Shown: piece by piece, positions 23,041 through 34,514 of the stretch
Layout of the letters: each line of letters starts with the position of its first letter
How positions within the stretch are numbered: the stretch's first letter is position 1
Assembly (NCBI RefSeq): GCF_001194135.2
Contig: NC_068988.1
Coordinates: 48,415,045 to 48,457,819, forward strand
DNA from: Octopus bimaculoides
Taxonomy: Eukaryota
DNA: 42,775 bases
Direction of reading: 5' to 3'
The notes under the pieces: generated by a model
The model's database searches: none
What the model was told of the DNA's origin: nothing
What the model saw: the letters and a program-made list of their open reading frames with translations, nothing else
Program-made: the position numbers and the translations under genes

Positions 23041-23837
23041 AAGTATATACGTACACAAACATCTNNNNNNNNNNNNNNNNNNNNNNNNNNNNNNNNNNNN
23101 NNNNNNNNNNNNNNNNNNNNNNNNNNNNNNNNNNNNNNNNNNNNNNNNNNNNNNNNNNNNNNNNNNNNNNNNNNNNNNNNNNNNNNNNNNNNNNNNNNNN
23201 NNNNNNNNNNNNNNNNNNNNNNNNNNNNNNNNNNNNNNNNNNNNNNNNNNNNNNNNNNNNNNNNNNNNNNNNNNNNNNNNNNNNNNNNNNNNNNNNNNNN
23301 NNNNNNNNNNNNNNNNNNNNNNNNNNNNNNNNNNNNNNNNNNNNNNNNNNNNNNNNNNNNNNNNNNNNNNNNNNNNNNNNNNNNNNNNNNNNNNNNNNNN
23401 NNNNNNNNNNNNNNNNNNNNNNNNNNNNNNNNNNNNNNNNNNNNNNNNNNNNNNNNNNNNNNNNNNNNNNNNNNNNNNNNNNNNNNNNNNNNNNNNNNNN
23501 NNNNNNNNNNNNNNNNNNNNNNNNNNNNNNNNNNNNNNNNNNNNNNNNNNNNNNNNNNNNNNNNNNNNNNNNNNNNNNNNNNNNNNNNNNNNNNNNNNNN
23601 NNNNNNNNNNNNNNNNNNNNNNNNNNNNNNNNNNNNNNNNNNNNNNNNNNNNNNNNNNNNNNNNNNNNNNNNNNNNNNNNNNNNNNNNNNNNNNNNNNNN
23701 NNNNNNNNNNNNNNNNNNNNNNNNNNNNNNNNNNNNNNNNNNNNNNNNNNNNNNNNNNNNNNNNNNNNNNNNNNNNNNNNNNNNNNNNNNNNNNNNNNNN
23801 NNNNNNNNNNNNNNNNTATATATATACATACATATAT

Positions 23838-24002
23838 ACGACGGGCTTCTTTTAGTTTCCGTCTACCAAATCCATTCACAAGGCTTTGGTCGGCTCGAGG
23901 CTATAGCAGAAGACACTTGCCCAAGATGCCACGCAGTGGGACTGAACCCAAAATGATGTGGCTGGTAAGCAAGCTACTTAACACACAGGCACTCCCGCGC
24001 CT
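23838..24002 (-). mobile_element. 5' half of CORE-like SINE
   Basis: Minus strand reads GGGTTCAGTCCCACTGCGTGGCATCTTGGGCAAGTGTCTTCTGCTATAGCCTCGAGCCGACCAAAGCCTTGTGAATGGATTTGGTAGACGGAAACT, matching 19703-19800 and 28467-28530. Confidence 0.8.
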
Positions 24003-24159
24003 ATACAATGACATTACCCAATGTATTCATAGTCAGACTGTAAGTTATGATTTGGGGAAGATTTGCTGCTCTCTTAGCAGGGTGTGTGACCCTATTAGGT
24101 GGTTGGGGGTCACCTTGGTGATGTCGTGGGAATATTGATTCCATAAGAATTCTAGTAAA

Positions 24160-24206
24160 AATGGTTGTAGTGGCAGCAGCAGCAGCAGTAATGGTAGTAG
24201 TATTAA

Positions 24207-24259
<53 letters not shown>

Positions 24260-24360
24260 CTAGATAAAACAGTAATAACGATATTAATACTTGTAGTGGT
24301 AGTGACGTTGGTAGTAATGGTGGTGGCAATAGCGATGGTGGTTTTTGGTGGTGGTGGTAC
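24160..24360. repeat. Compound (GCA)/(GTA)/(GGT) trinucleotide tract
   Basis: Read directly; it is the source of the poly-V, poly-T and poly-L ORFs. Confidence 0.9.
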
Positions 24361-25071
24361 AATTGATGGTATTGTTGACAGTTTCAGTATATTTGTTTTA
24401 CGTTGTTTTTTTTTCATAACAAACACATACGCAGAAAGTAAACAAACTACACGGTATTTATCGATACAAACATCTTTGCCTAAATGCGATGTACACCTGG
24501 CACGTCTACAACCGATAAAATGGAAAAAAAATTATATCGTACATGATCATCTAGCATCCCTGGAGAGATCTCTAAGGTACCACTAGTGTTTATTCCGCTA
24601 GACCTTACAGCTAGGTGTGTGTGTGTGTGTGNNNNNNNNNNNNNNNNNNNNNNNNNNNNNNNNNNNNNNNNNNNNNNNNNNNNNNNNNNNNNNNNNNNNN
24701 NNNNNNNNNNNNNNNNNNNNNNNNNNNNNNNNNNNNNNNNNNNNNNNNNNNNNNNNNNNNNNNNNNNNNNNNNNNNNNNNNNNNNNNNNNNNNNNNNNNN
24801 NNNNNNNNNNNNNNNNNNNNNNNNNNNNNNNNNNNNNNNNNNNNNNNNNNNNNNNNNNNNNNNNNNNNNNNNNNNNNNNNNNNNNNNNNNNNNNNNNNNN
24901 NNNNNNNNNNNNNNNNNNNNNNNNNNNNNNNNNNNNNNNNNNNNNGGGTGTGTGTGTGTGTGTGTGTTTGCGTGTGTGTGTGTGTTTGTGTGTGTGTGTG
25001 TAGGTCCAGGATTCAAGCAAATTAGTGAACCACTTTTTATTTGTTTTATACACACACACATATACATACAT

Positions 25072-25102
<31 letters not shown>

Positions 25103-25129
25103 TACATACATACATACATACATACATAT

Positions 25130-25183
25130 TCTTTTATTCTTGTACTTCTTCCAGTCATTTGCCTGCGGCCATGCTTGATCACC
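25130..25183 (-). mobile_element. 3' tail fragment of CORE-like SINE
   Basis: Minus strand GGTGATCAAGCATGGCCGCAGGCAAATGACTGGAAGAAGTACAAGAATAAAAG matches the 3' ends at 20001-20040 and 28741-28796. Confidence 0.5.
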
Positions 25184-25239
25184 ATATTAAAGTGTTATTC
25201 TATCGGTCTCTTTTACCGAATTTACATATACACACATAC

Positions 25240-25278
<39 letters not shown>

Positions 25279-25283
25279 TGTGT

Positions 25284-25336
<53 letters not shown>

Positions 25337-25681
25337 GATGTTGCGATCTAGGATAACGATAGTCCTTGTCTAAGCCGGGCCCAGCGTCGTCGTTACACAT
25401 CAGAGAGTAATGAGCTAGAATTAGCAATGACACTCCATAGCATATGCAGAGGATATACGTACTCGCACACACTCACATGCTCGCAGGCATGTACACAGAT
25501 AAAAATAAAAGCATACACATGCATATGTAGAAATCCAAATGATTCCTACGCTTACACAACCGCTTCTATACATCGCGAAATAGAGATATGTATTCATGCA
25601 TTCATATATAATTATTGAGACGTGAGACGTGTGAGTATATGTGCACATAAACTTATACACTCACACACACACACATACACA

Positions 25682-25735
<54 letters not shown>

Positions 25736-28094
25736 CTCACACACTCACACATACATATATTCACACCCTCAGAAGCTCGTACATAGTCCAGCATACTTCT
25801 CAGATACATTGGTAGTAATATCCCTACACAATTACTCAGAGATATACGCACATACATAAACGGCTAAAGGAACACACACGTACGCGCGCGCGCACACACA
25901 CATAAATTCACACACGTTCATATGCACACACGCAACTACATACACATAAACAGCCATTAAAATATCCGTATCAATTCTTTCTTCCATCCTCTCTGCTTAA
26001 AAGAACATAACATCTAATGCAAAGGAAAGCTGGGGTGGATGGGCAGTTGGATCTGGCATTGGTCAATTATTTTGGGAACAAATTTACCAATCAGCTGTCT
26101 AAACATATTGACCATTTAGCTAGTAGACTGACCACTTACAAATTTGATATCAGCTACAGATAAGATCACTGGGGCCTTTTCCGGAAGATTTACGAGATAA
26201 AATGCTTCAGGAACCGGTCGTTCGGGCTACAAGGGCAAGGATTAAGTGTGCTTGGTTTTGATACTGTGTCACTTATCTAGCTTAGAGAGCATTTGTAGCG
26301 GTTGAGTAGGTAAGCTGATGGTCTCTTCATTTTAACTAAATAATTATGTGTTCGCTTTTCACTGTTGGCCATGTAGCGTGTAATTATGAGATTTGCATGA
26401 TACACGAATGAATGCAATGTCTAGCTAATTCTTATTCTGATGCAGTAGTGTTATTTATAGTATTCTAGTTGTGGTCGAAGTTGTGTGTGACACTGGTGTC
26501 ACGAAAAATGTACTCATGTGTGTGGTAGAAGCGAGAAAAAGATTGCAATAGTTGTTGTAGGATACACAACACAGTGTTAGCAATCTAAAAGTGACAGCTG
26601 AGTGACTGCATTTGTGTGTTATCTGTACAGTCCAGTGCTCTATTGTCTATACAAGAGTGATAATTGCAGTTCTGTAGTCACCGATTAAAAGTGCCGGCGG
26701 CACTGTAAAGCTTCTATGTGTGATTCCAATACCGCATAACTTATATCAATTGCATATGATTTGGCTTCATGTTTAGTGTTTTGTGTTAAGCGTTCATATT
26801 TTTCTTCTTTAATAATGTTTGGTTGTTTACATTCAGCACCGCATTATCTCTGACTGAGCAGAAAGCTGACCAAAACGATCCCCGCCAAGACCATCTCGCC
26901 TCCCTTTTTATAGTGACGGCGTTTCTGGGAATATATAATCCAATGAGAAATAATGATTATCACCACTTCAATATAGCTGTGCCGTAGGAACCGACATCAC
27001 CACTGTTTTTAAAATCCAGGAGGAGTCTTCTCCAGATGGTTATCCAGATGCAATTTGCCCCCAATATATATTGCAAGCAGAGGAGCGAGGAGCGAACGCC
27101 TAGCATCTTCAAGGGAAGGCGATGGGACCACTAAAACATACGATTTCGAGCTATTGTGCCCATCCTCAGTGGTTGCATCGATAACCAGCCGGAGGAAGTT
27201 ACTCCTGGTGTTAAATACGGTAGTAATGTCGGTTCCAACTGGACAGCAATATTGAAGTGGCGGTAAGAATTACTTCTCAGTATAGTTACTCTTACGGAGA
27301 TTTTCAAACTAGCTACTCTGATTATCCAATGAGTTATTCCTACATTTTTTAAACAGATGTAATTTAAGGGAGATTTCGCTGCTATTTCTATCAGGTTAAG
27401 CATCTGTGTAGAGATTTACGAGCTTGAAACCTGATGTTTAGTTTTCGGTATTTAGTTAGGATTGATTCTTAGTAGTTAAAGCATAGTTCAGGTCTTCGCT
27501 TTGGTTTCAGTTTAATGCTCAACGAAATACAATGGTTGCAGTTATGTTAAGACTGGTTACTCAATTATTCGGTTAGTGTTCACTTGAATGGCCTAGCAAT
27601 AATTGGATTCTGCTGTCCGTGTGTAGAAAATCAGATTAAGGATATTTTATGTATGGAATCATAAGGCTGGAGCAGTGGTGGGGAGAATGTGTTATTGGCA
27701 AAGAGGCCATATTAGAAGTGTAGGATATGTTAGCAATAGTACTACCACGAAAAGAAGAGATAGAAAATGTATTTGCTTACCATTACTAACTATTTGTGGT
27801 GTATGAAATGATGGGCATGGCAGCAACAGAAATGATGGTGCTGCTGCTAGAAAAGTCCGTAATGGTGGTGGTGGTGGTGGTGGTGGAAATTGGCTGACAT
27901 AGTTGTCGCTTTTGTTTTTGAATTTTTCACCGTTATTGTTGTTGTTGTTGTTGTTGTGTTTGTTGTTGTTGTGACTCAGCTTGCTGCTATAGTTATTTGT
28001 CAGCCTTTAGACACTTTGTTGTTGCTATAATTGTTACTTTAACATCTATAATAATAATTGTCGTTATAATTATTGCTGTAACTATTATCTGCTG

Positions 28095-28166
<72 letters not shown>

Positions 28167-28466
28167 NNNNNNNNNNNNNNNNNNNNNNNNNNNNNNNNNN
28201 NNNNNNNNNNNNNNNNNNNNNNNNNNNNNNNNNNNNNNNNNNNNNNNNNNNNNNNNNNNNNNNNNNNNNNNNNNNNNNNNNNNNNNNNNNNNNNNNNNNN
28301 NNNNNNNNNNNNNTATATATATATATATTTGTTGCTAAGGCGTTTCTGGGTATAATTTGAGAGCAGTCACTGACAGAGGGTAAATAAGTTCTTCTCGATA
28401 TTGTGGTTGCAGGCCTGAGAGCACGAGGCTGTACATTAAACGAGTCGTTTTCAACCGTAGTTTACA

Positions 28467-28796
28467 GTCTTCTACTATAGCCTCGGGACGACCAAAGCCT
28501 TGTGAGTGAATTTGGTCAGCGGAAACTGAAAGAAACTTATCGTGTGTGTATATATGCATGTCTTTGAGTCTGTATTTGCCCCCACTACCACCGCTTTGCA
28601 ATTGGTGATGGTGTGTTTACGTCCCCGTAACGTAGTGGTTCGGCAAAAGTGAGCGATAGAATAAGCACCAGGCTTGAAAAAAAATAAAAGAAAAGTGGTG
28701 GGGGTTGATTCCCTGATTCCCTCAACTAAAAGCTCAAGGTGGTGCCCCAGCATGGCCGCATTCTAGGAGCTGGAACATGTAAAAGAAGATAAAAGA
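28467..28796 (+). mobile_element. Headless CORE-like SINE (body and 3' tail)
   Basis: GTCTTCTACTATAGCCTCGGGACGACCAAAGCCTTGTGAG...GGAAACTGAAAG...GTGCCCCAGCATGGCCGCA...AAAAGAAGATAAAAGA, collinear with 19735-20045. Confidence 0.8.
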
Positions 28797-28970
28797 TGTT
28801 ATGCTTGCTGCTGTTTTTGTTTATCCCAGATGAACTTAGTTGGGGTTGACCTATCAGAAATGTTAGACCGAACCTAACCCAAATATTGTGTTTCTAGGAC
28901 TGTAATTTACAGCATTACCCTCAATTCTAAAGATAGTGGGGTATGGTGTATATAATATCATTCTGCCAGA

Positions 28971-29172
28971 AGGTGGAGAACACGCAGAATCGTTACCACG
29001 CCGAGCAAAATTCTTAGCGGCATTTTGTCCACCTTTACGTTCTCCTATCAAAATCTACCATTGTCGACCTTAACTTTATCCTTTCGGCGTCGATAGATTA
29101 AGTACCAGTTGAGGACAGGATCGATGTAATCGACTAGCCCCTTCTAACGAACTTGTGTCAAAATTTGAAATC
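28971..29172 (+). mobile_element. tRNA-headed SINE (family M)
   Basis: GCAGAATCGTTACCACGCCGAGCAAAATTCTTAGCGG head and central TTTATCCTTTCGGCGTCGATAGATTAAGTACCAG..GATCGATGTAATCGAC; collinear with 20565-20783. Confidence 0.75.
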
Positions 29173-29389
29173 TATATTAGCTTGCTATTTCTAGCAGGTT
29201 GAGGAAGGATGTTACAGCATCTTCAGCAACCTGTGATATTATATCTAATGCTACCGTTGCCGCTATTATTTTATTGTTGAGAGTGTTATGAATGTTGCTG
29301 ATCTAAATTTGTAACAATGCATTGGCATTAAATAGGTTGTTATATTTATTGCTGTTGCATTACTAATCGTTATTGTTTTTTGCTGTAAT

Positions 29390-29580
29390 TAAGCTCAAGG
29401 TCAGTCTTGACAACCAGTAGACATGAAAAATATAACACAGCTGTCAGCACACAGGTTTTAGACTTACGTATTGCTACATTGTCTGTGTTCATTCAGAGTT
29501 AAGACAATGTGGTGTGATTTGAGAGAGATTTTTACGCTATTAATCTAGTTGGTTGAACCACCACACTGAAACTTCCTCAT
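29390..29580 (+). mobile_element. Degraded copy of the third interspersed repeat family
   Basis: GGTGTGATTTGAGAGAGATT...CTAGTTGGTTGAACCACCAC at 29511-29565 shares the family motif seen at 18566 and 24049. The 5' boundary is approximate. Confidence 0.4.
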
Positions 29581-29672
29581 TGCCTCATGTTACTAATTAT
29601 AGCAATTGTTACTCTTTATTTATTTATTTATTCTTATTATCCCAATTTGTTATTATTATAAGAACGGTGTCT

Positions 29673-29890
29673 AGGTGGTGAGCTGGCAGAACCATAGCAA
29701 AATCATTCGACCGTGAGAAAAATACTTTGCAGTATTTATTCTGGTTCATTACATTCTGAGTTCACATGCTGCTGTGTCCAACTTTATCCTTTTAGAGCCA
29801 TAAAATAAGGTACCAGTGAAGTACTGGAGTCGATTGTATCTATTAAAAACGTTCTTATCTATTCTTGACCTTCTGCCTACATTTGTAACC
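29673..29890 (+). mobile_element. tRNA-headed SINE (family M), diverged
   Basis: GGTGGTGAGCTGGCAGAA head (box A-like), CTGAGTTCAC (box B-like) and CTTTATCCTTTTAGAGCCATAAAATAAGGTACCAGTGAAGTACTGGAGTCGAT. Confidence 0.65.
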
Positions 29891-30264
29891 TAATAAAGAA
29901 TTTAGTGCGTTATTCAAGGCTAGCAGTATTTGTTGCGGTTGTTGCTTCCTGTGTTCAAATTCGGCTTAGACCACCTTTTAAAATTTTTATCATCCTGTGG
30001 TTAATAAAATAACATGCTAGATATTTCTATGTATCTCTTTCATAATCGGCTACTTTGTGCTGTGAGAACGAGATGAGAATCATTTCTTTGCGGTTCTTCT
30101 TAACACCGATGTCAGGCTGGAGGTAGAGGGCTCGATAATGTAAATGTACGACACACAGGTTTCGACTCAGAACAATGACGGACAGAAATAAAACAACATG
30201 TAAGGAATTCTAAGTCTGTTATACTAGAGTATGTGTTATGTCACTCCACCACCTCATTGCAATA

Positions 30265-30302
<38 letters not shown>

Positions 30303-33300
30303 ATAAAAGATAGTGTCAGTTGTCAGGAGTCATTTAACTCAGTAGTACAGAGCATTCCCCTGGTGTTTGAGAGGTATACATTCGATCGTCTGCAGCGGCT
30401 TGCTGCCCACGTTTTTCCGTGTATAAATATATTTTACTCGACCTCCTAAGCTGTTTTCACAGCCATTCTACTGCATTGTGGATTTCCTTCACTTCTAGTA
30501 TACGCGTGTGTGGAGGTGAGGTGTGTGTGACAGTATGATAGTGCTAAATACCAATAGAGAGCTGGAAGTCACACTCAACAGCCCACAAAGTCTGCCTGCC
30601 TCTGTCTGACATAAGGAAATGTTGCTGATTGTTGTTAGAAATAGGCAGAGATGAAGAATATGACGGTAATTATGAATGCATAACTAATCGTCTTCGAGGG
30701 AGAGGGTTGTTTGTGTACGTGGATGGTGAGAATCATAATGCCATATTAAAAAGCCTTACAAGATGATAGTCGCAAGTAAATCCCATTCTAAATTGTTAGT
30801 TTATTTCAGTTACATACACATTACTCTTGAGAAAATCACGAAATCCAAGTTACACTCTTTTCAAAGATGTACCGACTCAATTGGATGTATGTTTATTTCG
30901 AAGGTAATCTAACCATTTAGTACCATTTATTATTTTGATGTATGTCACGTACTCAAATTCTAAATTAATATTTAGAAATAACTCATCAAGCTACTGATAA
31001 TCACCACACTAAATGGTGGGGCACGTTTGGTTTGCGGTTTTCAAATTACTGCTAACGAGGGAGAGATTTTCAGTTCAATACAGTTTAATCAATCTAAATA
31101 CAATCTAGTTAAAGTTGCGAAAGCATATTTCGTGAATAAAACATTACAAATAACCTAACGGTAGAAATAACTATGCTATGCCAAGCAAATATTAATCAAT
31201 GACAAATATTTTAATTTTCATTCTTCTGATTTGTACGGGAGTCAACTCCGGATTTTTAAAGCATTATTCCATCTCCTCAGTAGAAGTGAAATCTGATTGT
31301 AATTTGTTGGCTGCAATGTTAGCGGAGGTATAAAGAGGTAATTATTCTGACAAGCTAGTGTAGTTAAACACAAATTGTTTAAAAACGATAATTGTTTAAA
31401 AATTCCTTAATGCTGTGACATCGTTCAGATTAATAATAATAGGTATTTTAATCTACTTTAGCAGTTTTTAATAGTCCATCCATTTAGTAAGCTTTTACCT
31501 ACTTATCTATGATTTATCAGTGGATGGTGAGTGAGAAATATTTCATTTTTAACCAGTATTATAGAGCTGTCAATATATTCTAGCGTGAATTATTTACTCG
31601 ACAATGAAACCTAGTTGATGAGTAATATCTTCTGTCTAGCATATGATGCCTACATATGGGAGAGTTTAACTAGAAACAGACAGTTTATTGCATACTTACT
31701 ATCACATGCCGACAATATTGAAACTTATTAATACAACGTACTTGGCTGTTCTTTTCTGAGGTTTAATATTAACGTGATTATCTGATTTAATATTAACGTG
31801 ATTATCTGATTTCTCCAGGCTCTCAGGTCAGTTTATACTCATGACTCAAAAATATTTGTTCACTCTTTTCGTTGCTTGGAATGTAAGACTCTGTCCGAGT
31901 ATAAATAGATTTGATTGGTTCAAGTAGGCTGTGTAAGTCTGAGAGCACTAGATGTTTTGGTTTGAAGAGAGAGCGTTTCGCCAGTGACGAGATGCGAAAT
32001 TTCGATCCTATGCTAAATAATGTTGTACTCTATCTACTCCACCATAATGAGACATGGACGAAAAGCAAGGTATTTTTTTAAACCCGAGTTCAAGAACTGA
32101 TTTTAAATGCAAGCTATAGTTATAGTTTGCTATTACTCTCTCATAATACATTTACTCTCTTTAGAAAGGAACCGCCGTGATATCAGATTCGACTGTCACG
32201 AAAATCCTTCCACTCGCAATGGAATACACTAGGGTAATAAACTTAATATGTCATCGGGTTAAATACTAGGCATTTAGTGATTTTAACTGAGTGCATGAGG
32301 TAGTTTTTATCTGTCATCCGATTTAAAACTATTACGAGTTGGTCATTGGATGCATTTTCATCTCTTCTTCCAACCAACCGCGAAGATCCTGAAAAACATA
32401 TGGTCGCTGCTTTTTGTTTGTTTTTTCTCATTAAGCGATGAAAAAGAAAGCTAAAACTCAAGTACGATGCAAAGACGGCAGATTTCAAAGATATGAAGAA
32501 ATAGAAGTTTTGACGCTGATACGTTTTTATAATGATAGAGTAAAGTTTATAATACTGATTGGCTACACGTAAATAATTAGGAATTTTGTAAGAAAGTGGA
32601 CACTCATAATGCTTAATCTTCCTCTCTCGTGTCTCTACGTCAGAATATGGTATGCAAAGCAAATGTATGTCGCCATCTAGGCAACACTACAAATATTTTC
32701 TCTCTCTTTTAAGATTTACATCATAAATCTATTTACTTCAATTTCAATTATTTGACTGCTCGTTTGGTTGTGAGAAGAAGCTCGCTTTTCACTTTCATGT
32801 CCACCTTTGCCATTACTATATTAGTTCACCGATGTTTTCATGAACAAAGCTACCACTTACCACTGGCTGACACCGAAATTTCCGATATTCGTTAGTTTTA
32901 ATGTTATTGGAGCGACAATAATAAGAATTAAATGAATGGTTTTCAAGAATTCTTGCAGCAGTTTACTTGAAGTATTACAATTCTTTTGAAATGCTAAGAA
33001 CTTGTTAGCAAACTAGAATTCGAGCGTCCTTAATTTTGAGGTTTTCGGAGACAGCACTGCATAACCCACGTTTGTGCAATTATTTCATGAATTTCTCAAC
33101 GAATCCTTTAAAGCTTCTTACAAATGACAAATGATAATGTTGAGATATCGTAATAACATTTAATAGTGCTGAACGCTGTGAGTTTCGCTTTCTCTTATTT
33201 AAGCGGTATGTTGTTATCAACGGCAATATACCTACTAGATTATTGCTATTTCCAGTATATTGCAGTGGCAATAATAGTAGAATTATGGAGTCATTATGCT

Positions 33301-33477
33301 GTGGAGTTTGTTTTCTAATTTCAATTAGATCTGAGGACAGCTTTGGTTTTTATCACTGCTAGGCTGATATAATGAGAACCAGTAAAACATGTATGAAATT
33401 CAATGAAGTGAGTCGCTAACTCATGACAGCAACATTTCATATATAAGCCGTTTGTCAATGTTAGCAATCATTAAAGT

Positions 33478-33480
33478 ATT

Positions 33481-33563
<83 letters not shown>

Positions 33564-33610
33564 CAGCAGCAGCGGTAGTAGTAGTAGTAGTAGTAGTAGT
33601 AGCAGCAGCG

Positions 33611-33665
<55 letters not shown>

Positions 33666-33667
33666 CG

Positions 33668-33710
<43 letters not shown>

Positions 33711-33728
33711 CAGCAGCAGCAGTCGTAG
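33478..33728. repeat. Long compound (ATC)n(GTA)n(GCA)n trinucleotide tract
   Basis: Read directly; ~250 bp with a recurrent (GCA)3GCG sub-unit. Confidence 0.95.
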
Positions 33729-33738
33729 TATTATTTTT

Positions 33739-33830
33739 AAGGCGGCGAAATGGCAGCACCGTCAGCACTCCTGGTAAAATGCTTAACAACATTTCGTCTG
33801 TCTTCTTGTTCTGAGTTCAAATTCCACCAA
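33739..33830 (+). mobile_element. Head-only fragment of SINE family M
   Basis: AAGGCGGCGAAATGGCAGCACCG (box A-like), ATGCTTAAC..ATTTCGTCTG and CTGAGTTCAAATTCC (box B-like), as in 20565-20650. Confidence 0.65.
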
Positions 33831-34072
33831 TATAATTCCAGCCACTTTTTGTAAACCGTTGTACGCTATGTATATGTCCCTTCTTTTCCAGTGTATACCG
33901 TGTACACTTACTTCCTTCTTTCTTTCTTTCATTTCATTTCATTTCATTTCATTTTTTTCTAATCATTTCATTATATATAAAGCCCACACTTTCTGTTTTG
34001 TCTTTGCAGTGTACCCTTATATTTCGCCCTTGTGGCAAATAAATGAAATCATCATCATCATCATTATCATTA

Positions 34073-34258
34073 TGAGATTTCTGATTGAAGATATTTTTGT
34101 ACTGTTTGTCAAGTCACAACAAGGACCTCAGACAGACAGTACTTTACACAATATGCGTGCAGTTCCACGTAATGCTGAATTTTGCAACACATCTAGAGTG
34201 TAGAGTTTATCTAAGGTTTTCAGATGTTTTTTTCAAATTGTGTGGTATTGGACCCAAT
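34073..34258 (-). mobile_element. 3'-terminal fragment (A) of an R4/Dong-like RLE non-LTR retrotransposon
   Basis: Minus strand reads LGPIPHNLKK/HLKTLDKLYTLDVLQNSALRGTARILCKVLSV* (stop 34128-34130), the same C-terminal QKxALLGTAxILRK motif as elements B and C. It is followed by a ~55-nt 3' UTR and a (GAT/AAT)n tail at 34048-34072. Confidence 0.7.
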
Positions 34259-34268
34259 TATTGTTATC

Positions 34269-34514
<246 letters not shown>

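Noticed and set aside
32243-32662. 139-aa minus-strand ORF, the longest non-repeat ORF in the window
   Set aside because: No recognisable motif, composition typical of translated AT-rich DNA (F/I/K/Y/L-rich), and no convincing flanking splice sites. A blastp hit would revive it.
13272-33830. Box A/box B motifs as possible tRNA genes
   Set aside because: All belong to SINE heads with shared downstream bodies; none has a full cloverleaf or acceptor stem.
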